Notes under the pieces: generated by a model
Told to the model about the DNA's origin: nothing
Databases searched by the model: none
The model's input: only the letters and a program-made list of their open reading frames with translations
Part shown: positions 1 to 8,568 of the stretch, in pieces
Layout of the letters: each line of letters begins with the position of its first letter
Position numbering within the stretch: position 1 is the stretch's first letter
Assembly (NCBI GenBank): GCA_026388095.1
Contig: JAPLKL010000069.1
Coordinates: 8,117-72,116, forward strand
Direction: 5' to 3'
Source: Elusimicrobiota bacterium
Lineage (GTDB): Bacteria > Elusimicrobiota > Elusimicrobia > UBA1565 > UBA9628
DNA length: 64,000 nucleotides
Program-made: the position numbers and the translations under genes

Positions 1-126
1 AGGCCTCGTCCTGCGGCAGGCCGAGGATGCTGGGACAGTCACCCAGCGCCGCGTAGATGGAGACATGGGAATGGCGGTCGCGCAGCGGGGGCAGTGAGAG
101 GGTTCGGCTCACGACTGCAATCATAC
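1..126 (-). CDS. Partial CDS (N-terminal ~42 codons; continues beyond the window start). Hypothetical, with a D-x-H-x-H metal-hydrolase-like motif.
   Basis: On the minus strand an ATG at 126 reads MIAVVSRTLSLPPLRDRHSHVSIYAAL... and runs open to the window edge. The ORF is too short to appear in the track. There is no clear SD sequence. Confidence 0.25.
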
Positions 127-164
127 CAAGATAGCGCGCGGTCCATTTGTTAGAATAACGCTCG

Positions 165-689
165 ATGACTCAGGCCGCCAAGATCCTGGAGCTGGGCTGC
201 GGCGCCAACAAGACGCCCGGCGCCGTGGGCGTAGACCGCGTGGCCGGCCCGGGCGTGGACGTGGTCCACGATCTCAGGCGCCTGCCCTGGCCCTTCCCGG
301 ACAGCTCATTCGACGAGCTCCGGCTCTCCCACGTCCTAGAGCACCTCGACGATGTCCTGGGCGCCATGGAGGAGATCCACCGCATCGCCCGCCCGGACGC
401 CCAGGTCCTCATCTGGACCCCCCATTACTCGTCCATGAACTCCTGGACCGACCCCACGCACTGCGTGCACATGGGCCTTCATCCCATGGACCTGTTCACC
501 AAGGACGCGCGCTACGATTACACGAGCGCGCGCTTCGCCGTCCTGGAGAAACGCATCACCTTCGGCCTGGGGCTGCTGTGCCTGCCCGGCAAGCTCATCA
601 ACGCCTGGTCCCCGGACGCCTTCGAGAAGTACTTCGCCTTCATGTTCCCGGCCCGGGACCTGTTCTTCCGGCTGCAGGTCCTCAAGTAG
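165..689 (+). CDS. Class I SAM-dependent methyltransferase (Methyltransf_11-like)
   Basis: LELGCGANKTPGAVGVD is a glycine-rich SAM motif I. An acidic motif II and the short ~174-aa length fit a small-molecule or protein methyltransferase. Confidence 0.8.
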   Translation: MTQAAKILELGCGANKTPGAVGVDRVAGPGVDVVHDLRRLPWPFPDSSFDELRLSHVLEHLDDVLGAMEEIHRIARPDAQVLIWTPHYSSMNSWTDPTHCVHMGLHPMDLFTKDARYDYTSARFAVLEKRITFGLGLLCLPGKLINAWSPDAFEKYFAFMFPARDLFFRLQVLK

Positions 690-695
690 CCCGGC

Positions 696-1838
696 TCATC
701 GGGAATAGAGCTTCTCGTAGCTCTCGGCGACCCGCTCCAATGAGAAGTCCCGGGCCGCTTTCTCCCGGGCGGCCGCGCCCAGGCGTCCCGCCAGGCCCGG
801 CTCGGCGAGGAACCTCCCGAGCTTGTCGGCCAGCTCGTCAGCGTCCTGGGGAGCGAAGAGCAGCCCGGTCTTGCCTTCCTCGACCGCCTCGGCCGTCCCC
901 CCCACCCGGCTGCCCAGCACGGCCAGCCCCGAGGCCATGGCCTCCAGGAGGGCGTTGGAAAGCCCCTCGGAGACGGAGGGGAGGACGAAGACGTCCGCGG
1001 CCGCGTAAGCCTCCGCGATCCGCTCCATGGAGGCAAGCACGAAGATGCGCCCCGCCAGCGGGCTGGCCCGCGCGAGCGTCCGAAGCTCTTCGCCTTCGAG
1101 CCCGTCTCCCACCAGCGCCGCGAAGCCCGGCCGGTCCGCCGCGGCTCGGCACCAAGCCGACAGGAACCGGCCCAACTGCTTCTCCGGCGCGAGCCTGCCC
1201 ACATAGAGGAAGCCCAGGCCTTCGGGCCAGCCCAGCTTGCGCCGCAGAGCCCGCTTCTCATCGGCCGAGACCGGACGGTAGCGGGCCGTGTCCACGCCGT
1301 TGGGCTGGACCTGGACCGGCACCGGCCCGAGGAACTGCGCGCATTCCTGGGCCAAGCCCTCGGTCACAGCCGCGAACTGCGGCTTGAGCCAGGAGAGCAG
1401 GCGCAGCTTCAAGCGCCCCCCGACCGTCCTGTCCGAGGTGGCGAGCTCGCCGATGCCGCGGCCGCCGCCGAGCTTGATGATGACGCGCTTGCCCAAAAGA
1501 CGGCCGGCCAACGCCGCGGGCAGAGCCGGGGAGCCGGCGAGGTGGACGTGCACGGCGGAATACTCGCGGGCCCCGGTCCAGAGCCGGAGCCAGAGGGACG
1601 CCATGAAGGTCAGCGCGTTGAGGAAGCCTCCCCCGGCGCACCAGAGGCGCTCCACCGGGACGCCACGGACCTCCTCGTAGGCGGCCAGGCCGGGCAGCCG
1701 CCGGGTCAGGACCCGGACCCGGACGCCGCGAGCGAGCAAGGCGACCGAGAGCTCCAGGGCCTGCTTCTCCGCCCCCCCCACATAGGGATGGAAGCCGGCG
1801 CTGATCATCCAGACCGACAGACCGGGCAGGGTGGCCAC
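696..1838 (-). CDS. Glycosyltransferase family 4 (GT-B, GT1/GT4 clan)
   Basis: N-terminal GGAEKQ motif. C-terminal EGLSNALLEAMASGLAV...GG is the EX7E-type GT4 signature. Confidence 0.85.
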   Translation of the reverse strand: MATLPGLSVWMISAGFHPYVGGAEKQALELSVALLARGVRVRVLTRRLPGLAAYEEVRGVPVERLWCAGGGFLNALTFMASLWLRLWTGAREYSAVHVHLAGSPALPAALAGRLLGKRVIIKLGGGRGIGELATSDRTVGGRLKLRLLSWLKPQFAAVTEGLAQECAQFLGPVPVQVQPNGVDTARYRPVSADEKRALRRKLGWPEGLGFLYVGRLAPEKQLGRFLSAWCRAAADRPGFAALVGDGLEGEELRTLARASPLAGRIFVLASMERIAEAYAAADVFVLPSVSEGLSNALLEAMASGLAVLGSRVGGTAEAVEEGKTGLLFAPQDADELADKLGRFLAEPGLAGRLGAAAREKAARDFSLERVAESYEKLYSR

Positions 1839-1847
1839 AGCCTCAGC

Positions 1848-3014
1848 TCAGTTGGGCCGGAAGAACTCGGCCGCCACGCGGTCCCACTGGGTGTCGCCAA
1901 GCTGCGCCAGCTCGCCGACATGGAGGGCCCCATCCTGATATTCGTCAGTGCCGCCCTGCGGAGCCAATTCTCCCATGAGCTTGCGGAACCGCTCCAGGTC
2001 GTCCTGGTACAAGGCCACGGCCGACTTGCCGATGCGGAGCTCGGGCACTTCGACGTCGAGGTTGTCGGCGTCGATGACGCAGATCCAGTTGCGCTGGTAG
2101 GGCGTCAGGTCGAGCGCCTCGCAGTCCTCGCTCAGAGCCGGGTTGACCTTGACCACCTGCCCGCTGACCGGGGCGTAGAACTGTGCCCGGCGGCCTTTCT
2201 GGCGGAGGCTGAACAGCGGCTGGCCGGCTTTGACCGTCATGCCCACGTTGGGGAACTCGATGGAGTCCACCGGGCCGATGAGCTTCTTGGCGAAATCGTC
2301 CAGGCCGACCTTCACGGAGCCGTCCTGAGCCATGCTGGCCCAGCAATGGCCGCGGGAGATCAGCACCCCGCCCGGGATGGAGAACTCGCCGGCGCGGGCG
2401 CGCTGAGGCTCGGGCAGGTGGGTGATGTGGACCTGCGGCTGCAGCTGCTTGGCCAAGCGGTCCTGCCTCCGGATCAGGACCTTCTTCACGAAAGCCCGCA
2501 GCTCGTCCTCGGTGAAGGGCTTCTGCACATAATCCAGCGCGCCGTGCTTCATGCACTCCACCGCGGACTCCACGGTGGCGTAGCCGGTGATGATGACGAC
2601 GTCGATGTCCGGGCGCATGTGCTTTACGGACTTGACGACCTCGACCCCGTCCAGCGCCGGCATGCGCAGGTCGGTGAAGACGAAATCGTAATGGTGGGTG
2701 CGGATGAGCCCCAGCGCCTCCTGGCCGGTCTCCACCGTGTCGACGCAGTAGCCGTCCAGCACCAGGATCTTGCGGAAGCTGTCCAGGATCACGGTCTCAT
2801 CGTCCACGCAGAGGATGCGCGCCGCTGGGTCGGCGACCTCGGCGCGCTTGAGGGTCTTGGCCTCCCTCTGAAAATCGAGCTTGAGGCTCACGGCCAGGGC
2901 CGCCTCGCGCTCGCGCCGGATGCGCTGGTCGCGCAGCCTCTGGGCGGCCGACCGCACCGCCAGGTCGGCGAGCACGAACAGGATGACGGAAAGGAACAGG
3001 AACACGATCACCAT
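1848..3014 (-). CDS. Response regulator: N-terminal TM helix, REC domain, C-terminal GcvH-like (glycine-cleavage H protein fold) domain
   Basis: REC motifs are present: the acid pocket ILCVDDE, the phospho-Asp in FVFTDLRMP, and KPF. The C-terminus reads HCWASM...VKVGLDDFAKKLIGPVDSIEFPNVGMTVKAGQPLFSL...FYAPVSGQVVKVNPAL..PYQRNW, which aligns with GcvH (HEW...VGITDHAQ...APVSGEIV..PYxxGW). An AAGGAG RBS lies 7 nt before the ATG. Confidence 0.8.
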   Translation of the reverse strand: MVIVFLFLSVILFVLADLAVRSAAQRLRDQRIRREREAALAVSLKLDFQREAKTLKRAEVADPAARILCVDDETVILDSFRKILVLDGYCVDTVETGQEALGLIRTHHYDFVFTDLRMPALDGVEVVKSVKHMRPDIDVVIITGYATVESAVECMKHGALDYVQKPFTEDELRAFVKKVLIRRQDRLAKQLQPQVHITHLPEPQRARAGEFSIPGGVLISRGHCWASMAQDGSVKVGLDDFAKKLIGPVDSIEFPNVGMTVKAGQPLFSLRQKGRRAQFYAPVSGQVVKVNPALSEDCEALDLTPYQRNWICVIDADNLDVEVPELRIGKSAVALYQDDLERFRKLMGELAPQGGTDEYQDGALHVGELAQLGDTQWDRVAAEFFRPN

Positions 3015-3042
3015 GATGGGTCTCCTTCGGCATCGGGTCTGG

Positions 3043-3810
3043 TCATAGTCGCTCCGGACTGCACGAGCTCAGGCTCTTGAGGTCGTACTCCAGGTCCGCG
3101 GGCAGGACGCGGTAGAGCCAGCCCGCGAAGTACGGGTCCTTCTCCACCGCCGCAGGGTCCGCGGCCAGACGCTCGTTGCGCTCCACGACCCTGCCGCTGG
3201 CCGGGCAGAGCAGGCCGTGGCGCGCGCCGCCCTCGGAGACGAACGCGGCGCAGGGGGCGCCCTGGATGACTTCGCCGCCGGCCGGCGCCAGCTCCACCGC
3301 GCTCACTCCCTCCAGGGTCTTCAAGAAAGCATCTCCCGCGCCTATCAGGACGCTGCCCTCCGGCTCGGTCTTGAGCCAGCTGATGGTGCCCAGGCGGAAA
3401 TATCCCGACGGGCACGGCGCCCAGCCCGTTTTTTGAAGCTTACTATATTTCAGTCCGCGCCGGACCACCGACGTCAGCTCGTCTTCGGTGAAAGGCTTGG
3501 GAAGGAAGTCGATGGCGCCCGCCGCCAGGGAGCGCACGGCGTTGTCCACCGTGGAATACCCCGTGACCATGACCACGGGGGTGCGCAGCCCCCGCCGCGC
3601 CGCTTCGGCGAGGAAGGCGAACCCGTCGAGGTCCGCCATCATGATGTCGCAGACGACGAGGCGGTAGGAGCGCTGCCGCAGGCGCTCCAGGCCCGCCGCC
3701 CCGCGGGCCGCGACGTCCACGGTCAGACCCTCGGCCGCGCAGATCTTGGCGACCGCCTGTCCGACCACGGGCTCGTCGTCGACGACCAGCACGTCGCGCT
3801 CCCGGCTCAT
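3043..3810 (-). CDS. Response regulator: REC domain plus GcvH-like domain lacking the lipoyl-lysine
   Basis: The start MSRERDVLVVDDEP was chosen inside the longer track ORF. Its ATG overlaps the histidine-kinase stop as ATGA. REC motifs are VVCDIMM and KPF. The C-terminal GcvH-like region reads CPASGRVVERNERL...PYFAGWLYRV with no Lys at the lipoylation position. Confidence 0.75.
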   Translation of the reverse strand: MSRERDVLVVDDEPVVGQAVAKICAAEGLTVDVAARGAAGLERLRQRSYRLVVCDIMMADLDGFAFLAEAARRGLRTPVVMVTGYSTVDNAVRSLAAGAIDFLPKPFTEDELTSVVRRGLKYSKLQKTGWAPCPSGYFRLGTISWLKTEPEGSVLIGAGDAFLKTLEGVSAVELAPAGGEVIQGAPCAAFVSEGGARHGLLCPASGRVVERNERLAADPAAVEKDPYFAGWLYRVLPADLEYDLKSLSSCSPERL

Positions 3811-5672
3811 GGCTTGACCGGGATGCGCAGCACGAAGGTGGTCCCGGCGCCGGGAGCGCTCTCCACGGCGATGGTCCCGTTGTGGTTGTCCATGATGCCC
3901 CAGACCACCGCCAGGCCCAGCCCGGTGCCCTTCTGCCCTTTGGTCGAATAGAAGGGCTCGAAGATCTTCTCCCGCACCTCCTGGGGCATGCCGCAGCCGT
4001 CGTCGCGGACCTTGAGCTCCACGAACTCCTTGCGGTCCATGCCGTCGACCTCCTCCCAGCGCTGCCAGCCGCAGCCCGGCCGCGTGCAGCCTTCCACGAG
4101 GCCCCGGGCCGGGACCTCGAAAACGTAGACCGCGGACCCGCACTCGGGGCAGACCTTCTTGTCGACGAGCAAAGAGACCGAGCACTCCGGGCACACGAAC
4201 CGGGCCCCTGGGGCTCCGGCGGCGGCGACGGCGTGATGGTGCCCGCCCATGCCGTACATCGGGTTGAGGTAGAGGAACCCCTCGGCCTTATCGGAACGCA
4301 CCCGGATGCGCACCGTGGGCCTGCCGTCGATGCGGACCTCCTCGTCCATGAGGCTGTGCCGCTTGGGGCAGACCGCCTTCTTGATCTGGGTGATGCCGAT
4401 GGGGGAGAGGCTGAGCGCGGAGGAGGAGACGGTGATGGTCCCGCCCTTCGGCCCGATGGCGTCCGCGGCGTTGACGAAGAGGTTGATGAAGACCTGCTGC
4501 ATCTGGTTGGCGTCCACGGTCACCTTGGGCATGTCCGGCGCCAGCGACAAGACGAGCCGGACGGCGTTGAGCGCGAGCTGGCTCTCGATGACCGTGGCGG
4601 CGCGCCCCACGATCTCGTTGATGTCGGCCTCCCCCTTCTTGGGGACCGACTGCCGCGCGAAATCCAGGAGGCTCTTGACGATCTCCCGGCTGCGGATGGT
4701 CTCGCGCACGATGACCTTAAGGTCCTCCTGCAGTTCCGGCTGGTCCTTGGTGCGCTTGAGCAGGAAGCTGCTGTAGGTGAGCACGCCGGTGAGCGGGTTG
4801 TTGATCTCGTGAGCGACGCCGGCCGCCAGGCGCCCCAGCGAGGCCAGCTTGTCGGACTGGAAGAGCTGCAGGCGCGCCTCGGAGAGCTTGCGGGTCATGT
4901 TGTTGAAGGACTGCGCCAGCAGGCCCAGCTCGTCGTCGCCGCGCTCCCGGATGGAGCATTCCAGGTCCCCGCCCGCCACGCGCCGGGTCGCCTCCACGAG
5001 CTCGCGGACCGGGGCGTCGACCCAGCGCCTGACCAGGAGCCCGACGATGAGACTCAGCGCCAGGATGGCGCCGACCGCGAAGACCAGGATGCCGAGCTGG
5101 CCGCGCCGGATGTCCCGGTCGACCGCGGCCAAAGACATGGAGACGTCGAGCACTCCCAGGACGACCTGCGCGCGGGGGTGGGCGTGGCAGGCCGCGGTCC
5201 AGCACGAGGGGGCGTTGTAGATGGGGTTGATGATGCCCAGCGTGCGCGCGCTGTCGGGGCGCAGCCGGAACACCCGGGTGCGCTCCTTCATGTCCAGGCG
5301 CTCGAGCGGCCGGTCCGCGGAATGGCAACGGTAGCAGCTCTCCGCCTTCTTGTCCACCATCTTGCCGATCTCGGCGCGGTCGGAGGAGTAGATGATCTCC
5401 CCGGCCTTGTTCATCACGCGGATGCGCTGGATGCTCTCCTGGCTCCCCAGCCTGCGGATGGTGTCGTAGATGCGGTCGCGCTGATTGAAGCGCATGTCGT
5501 ACTCGGTGCTGGACTTGACCGCCTCGCTGAGCTGGTTGGCGTGGCGCTCCACCTCGGCCAGCAGGCTGCTGCTGTGGGCGCGGCTGTTGAACTCGGCGAA
5601 TATGCCGATGGTCACCAGCGCCGTGGCGCAGACGGCCAGAGTCAGCTTGAGGCCGATCTTCTCCCGGATCAT
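3807..5672 (-). CDS. Sensor histidine kinase (TM, HAMP, HisKA, HATPase_c carrying a ~110-aa Cys-rich insert)
   Basis: Start MIREKIG at 5672 overlaps the cytochrome stop as ATGA. The HAMP-like linker is followed by the HisKA H-box LAAGVAHEINNPLT, then the N-box NLFVNAADA, a DDGCGMP G1-like box and a GTGLGLAVV G2 box. An insert between the N-box and G1 box contains CPKRH, CPEC, CPEC and CTRPGCGW. Confidence 0.8.
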   Translation of the reverse strand: MIREKIGLKLTLAVCATALVTIGIFAEFNSRAHSSSLLAEVERHANQLSEAVKSSTEYDMRFNQRDRIYDTIRRLGSQESIQRIRVMNKAGEIIYSSDRAEIGKMVDKKAESCYRCHSADRPLERLDMKERTRVFRLRPDSARTLGIINPIYNAPSCWTAACHAHPRAQVVLGVLDVSMSLAAVDRDIRRGQLGILVFAVGAILALSLIVGLLVRRWVDAPVRELVEATRRVAGGDLECSIRERGDDELGLLAQSFNNMTRKLSEARLQLFQSDKLASLGRLAAGVAHEINNPLTGVLTYSSFLLKRTKDQPELQEDLKVIVRETIRSREIVKSLLDFARQSVPKKGEADINEIVGRAATVIESQLALNAVRLVLSLAPDMPKVTVDANQMQQVFINLFVNAADAIGPKGGTITVSSSALSLSPIGITQIKKAVCPKRHSLMDEEVRIDGRPTVRIRVRSDKAEGFLYLNPMYGMGGHHHAVAAAGAPGARFVCPECSVSLLVDKKVCPECGSAVYVFEVPARGLVEGCTRPGCGWQRWEEVDGMDRKEFVELKVRDDGCGMPQEVREKIFEPFYSTKGQKGTGLGLAVVWGIMDNHNGTIAVESAPGAGTTFVLRIPVKP

Positions 5673-6430
5673 GGCTGGTCCTGGTGGCAATGAGAGCACT
5701 GGGCGTCGGCGTGGCAGGAGAAGCACGGCTTGTGCAGGGTCTCCATCGAGCGCTTCGGCTTCTTGGGCTGGGCCGCGGCTCCCGGCGGGCGCGGCTTGGG
5801 CTCGTGGCAGCCGGCGCAGGTCTGGTTCTGATGGCAGGCCGTGCACTCCAGGCCGAACTGCTTGACATGCGCTTCGTGCCGGAAGGTCACGAACCGGCCC
5901 TTCTGGGAGGAGGTCTCGTAGACGATGGGAGCCGGGAGCTTGGCTTGGGGGAAGCCCTTGGGCGCGCCGCCGGCTCCGGGGCCGGCCTTGCGGGCATGGC
6001 ATGAGCCGCAATCGGATTCGTGGCTCCACTGCAGGTGGCAATCGACGCATTGCCGGTGGCGGGCCCCCTTGAGGTCGGGCTTGGTCAGGTCCGTACGGCG
6101 GCGCGAGGACGAGTGGCATTCGCCGCACTTGAAGATGGGGCGCGACTGGTTGTAATGATGGCAACCGTAGCAGCCGTCGCCCATCTCCGCCAGCTTCGCG
6201 TGCGCCTTATGAGGGAAACGGACCGGCCCGTAGGTGTCGGAGAGCTCGCCCATCGTGATCGTGCGGGGAGCCTGCGAGAGGGGATGGCGCCCCCAGATCT
6301 TCTCGCGGGGGCAGCTGACCAGCGCCGGGCTCTCTCGGGTCGGCTTGTCGCTGGTGTGGCAGGTCCGGCAGTCGGCCGCGCCCCAGGCGCCCGTCAGCGC
6401 GGCCAGCCCCAGCGCCAGGAGCATCTTCAT
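5669..6430 (-). CDS. Multihaem c-type cytochrome (9 CxxCH motifs) with signal peptide
   Basis: Start MKMLLALGLAALTGAWGA is a signal peptide. Nine CxxCH haem-binding motifs are present: CRTCH, CYGCH, CGECH, CVDCH, CGSCH, CTACH, CAGCH, CFSCH and CSHCH. A GGA RBS sits at -8. Confidence 0.8.
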   Translation of the reverse strand: MKMLLALGLAALTGAWGAADCRTCHTSDKPTRESPALVSCPREKIWGRHPLSQAPRTITMGELSDTYGPVRFPHKAHAKLAEMGDGCYGCHHYNQSRPIFKCGECHSSSRRRTDLTKPDLKGARHRQCVDCHLQWSHESDCGSCHARKAGPGAGGAPKGFPQAKLPAPIVYETSSQKGRFVTFRHEAHVKQFGLECTACHQNQTCAGCHEPKPRPPGAAAQPKKPKRSMETLHKPCFSCHADAQCSHCHQDQP

Positions 6431-6434
6431 GGGT

Positions 6435-7670
6435 TCATCCGTGCACCGTGTACTTGGCCTTGGGCGAGAGGGTCCGGTCGGGCAGGCTGATGACCGGGAA
6501 GAGCAGCACCGCGGCGCGGTAGAGAAGGACGAGCAGGCTGATGAAGCCAACGGTCACGCAGACCTCGCCGAAAGCCGGGTGGTAGGGCCGCAGCGAATAC
6601 GGCGGCGTGTAGGCGATGAGGAAGTTGTCCACCCGGTTGACCGCCACCCCGGCCACGACCAGGGCCGAGGCCGTGAGGAGCAGGGCCGGGGACTTGAGGA
6701 CCGCGCGCGACATGAACATGCGCAAAGGGATGACCACGCCGAACAGGACCTCGACCATGAACATGACGCTGGCGGTATTGAATGTCGCCAGGTGGACGAA
6801 GGTCTCCCGGACGAACATGTCCCCGATCTTGAAGGCGAGGTAGACGCCCAAGAGCGGCGCGGTCATGCGGCCCAGTCCCGCCAGGACGGACATCTCGGGC
6901 TTGAGGCCGAAGGAGCGCGCCGCCAGGAGGGATTCCAGGATCACCATGGGGAAGCCCACCGAGACCGCGGAGAGCAGGAACAGCAGGGGCAGGATCGGGG
7001 TCTGCCAGAGGGGATGCATCTTGGGCCCGGCGATGACCATGAGCGTGCCCAAGGAGGACTGGTGCAAGGTGGAGAGCACGACGCCGGCGATGATGAAGAC
7101 GAACATGGTGCGCGCCAGGCCGCGGTCCAGGGCGGCGAGCAGGCGCTCCGCCAGGGGGTTGAGCCTGGCCAGAGGGCCCGGCAGAGCCACGCGCCCCAGG
7201 AAGCGCTCGACCGCCACGGGCAGGAACTCGATGTAGAGGACGTGGATGTAGATGACCACGCAGATGCCGACCTCGAAGAGGGCCGAGGTGCCGTTCCACA
7301 TGACCAGGGGATGCCAGATGTAGTAGGGACGCCCGATGTCGATGCAGACGCCCAAGGCCACGAAGGTGTAGCCCAGCAGCGCGGTGAGCAGGGCCGGCCG
7401 CACCACCGCGTGGTACTGCTCCCGGTGCATCACGTGGCCGAGCGCCGCCGTGGTGAAGCCTCCCGCGGCCAGGGCCACGCCCGCGGCCACGTCGATGCCG
7501 ATCCAGATGCCCCAGGGGTACTGGTTGCTCAGGTTCGTGACGGCTCCGATGCCGAAGAGCAAGCGGCCGGCCAGGAAGACCAGTCCGTTGAGGGCCAGAA
7601 GGATGAGCACTCCCACGCCGGGAGTCAGGAAGCGCCGGGGCAAGGGCGTGGGCCTCATGAAGCGGTCCAT
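6435..7670 (-). CDS. NrfD/PsrC-family polytopic membrane subunit (quinone-interacting)
   Basis: Start MDRFMRPTP is preceded by a GGAGG RBS and lies 2 nt after the FeS gene stop. The protein is ~411 aa with 8-10 predicted TM helices and resembles NrfD/HmcC/ActC/PsrC. Confidence 0.8.
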   Translation of the reverse strand: MDRFMRPTPLPRRFLTPGVGVLILLALNGLVFLAGRLLFGIGAVTNLSNQYPWGIWIGIDVAAGVALAAGGFTTAALGHVMHREQYHAVVRPALLTALLGYTFVALGVCIDIGRPYYIWHPLVMWNGTSALFEVGICVVIYIHVLYIEFLPVAVERFLGRVALPGPLARLNPLAERLLAALDRGLARTMFVFIIAGVVLSTLHQSSLGTLMVIAGPKMHPLWQTPILPLLFLLSAVSVGFPMVILESLLAARSFGLKPEMSVLAGLGRMTAPLLGVYLAFKIGDMFVRETFVHLATFNTASVMFMVEVLFGVVIPLRMFMSRAVLKSPALLLTASALVVAGVAVNRVDNFLIAYTPPYSLRPYHPAFGEVCVTVGFISLLVLLYRAAVLLFPVISLPDRTLSPKAKYTVHG

Positions 7671-7672
7671 GC

Positions 7673-8566
7673 TCAGGCCTCCTCCCCGGACTCCGGGCTG
7701 TGCTTGGCGATCCACATGACCGCCCCCAGCAGGGCGTAGAGCGAGACCGGCGGGATGAAGTAGGCGAATATGCCGTGCTGGATGCTCTCCGAGACCCCGG
7801 GCGCCGGGCTGCGTCCCAGACGGGGGAACTGGAGGGCGGCGAAGTCGACTCCGGAGAGGTAGAGCCAGTCGGTGCCGCCCACCTCGAACTCCCCGAAGAC
7901 GTGGCTCACGTAGCGCTCCGGGAAGCGCCGGACCCGGTCTTTGGCGATGCGCACCAGCTCCTCGCGCGGGCCGAAGGTCATGACCTCCATCGGGCAGATC
8001 TCCACGCAGGCCGGGATCCTCCCGGCCTTGCGCCGCTCGAAGCAGAAGTCGCACTTCATGATCCGGGGCTGGAGCGCCTTGTGATATTCGAAGGCCGGGA
8101 TCTGGAAGGGGCAGGCGATCATGCAGTAGCGGCAGCCGATGCACTTGTCCGTGTCCCAGACCACCGCGCCGTTCTCAGCCTTGGTGAGCGCGCCTACGAT
8201 GCAGGCCGAGACGCAGGCCGGCTGGGCGCAGTGCATGCACTGGACCTTCACGGTGACGGGGAGTCCGGGCTTGCGGGGGTTCTCGTAGCGGTTGACCACG
8301 GTCAGGGCCGTGTCGTCGGGGCGGCGCATCCGGGCGAAGACCGAGCGGTCCTCATAGGCTTCCTGAGGAGGGGTGGCCAGGCCGTGGGCCTGCTTGCAGG
8401 CGTATTCGCAGTTGCGGCAGCCGATGCAGACGGTGGTGTCCACGAGCACGCCGCTGCGCTCGGGCGCCGGCGACCGGCCGCCCGAGGCCTGGGCGGCGGA
8501 GGGAGTCAGCCCGGCGCCCAGGACCGCGGCGCCCGCCAGGAACTCCCGCCGGGTGAGGTTCGCCAC
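7673..8566 (-). CDS. 4Fe-4S ferredoxin-type iron-sulfur subunit with Tat signal (NrfC/HmcB/PsrB-like)
   Basis: A GTG start gives MANLTRREFLAGAAVLGA, which carries the twin-arginine RREFL motif. Four CxxCxxCxxxCP-type clusters are present: CIGCRNCEYAC, CMHCAQPACVSAC, CIGCRYCMIACP and CDFC...CVEICP. Confidence 0.75.
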   Translation of the reverse strand: MANLTRREFLAGAAVLGAGLTPSAAQASGGRSPAPERSGVLVDTTVCIGCRNCEYACKQAHGLATPPQEAYEDRSVFARMRRPDDTALTVVNRYENPRKPGLPVTVKVQCMHCAQPACVSACIVGALTKAENGAVVWDTDKCIGCRYCMIACPFQIPAFEYHKALQPRIMKCDFCFERRKAGRIPACVEICPMEVMTFGPREELVRIAKDRVRRFPERYVSHVFGEFEVGGTDWLYLSGVDFAALQFPRLGRSPAPGVSESIQHGIFAYFIPPVSLYALLGAVMWIAKHSPESGEEA

Positions 8567-8568
8567 GC

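Noticed and set aside
1542-3080. 512-aa plus-strand ORF
   Set aside because: It lies antisense to the well-supported response regulator gene. Its composition is the low-complexity Ala/Gly/Arg/Asp-rich pattern typical of wrong-frame translation of high-GC DNA, and it has no motifs.
3882-5693. 603-aa plus-strand ORF
   Set aside because: It lies antisense to the histidine kinase, with a GC-frame-artefact composition and no conserved domain.
6234-7739. 501-aa plus-strand ORF and the 290-aa minus-frame ORF 6427-7299
   Set aside because: Both overlap the NrfD-like membrane gene. They are Arg/Gly/Glu-rich nonsense, and the NrfD-like frame has coherent TM helices.
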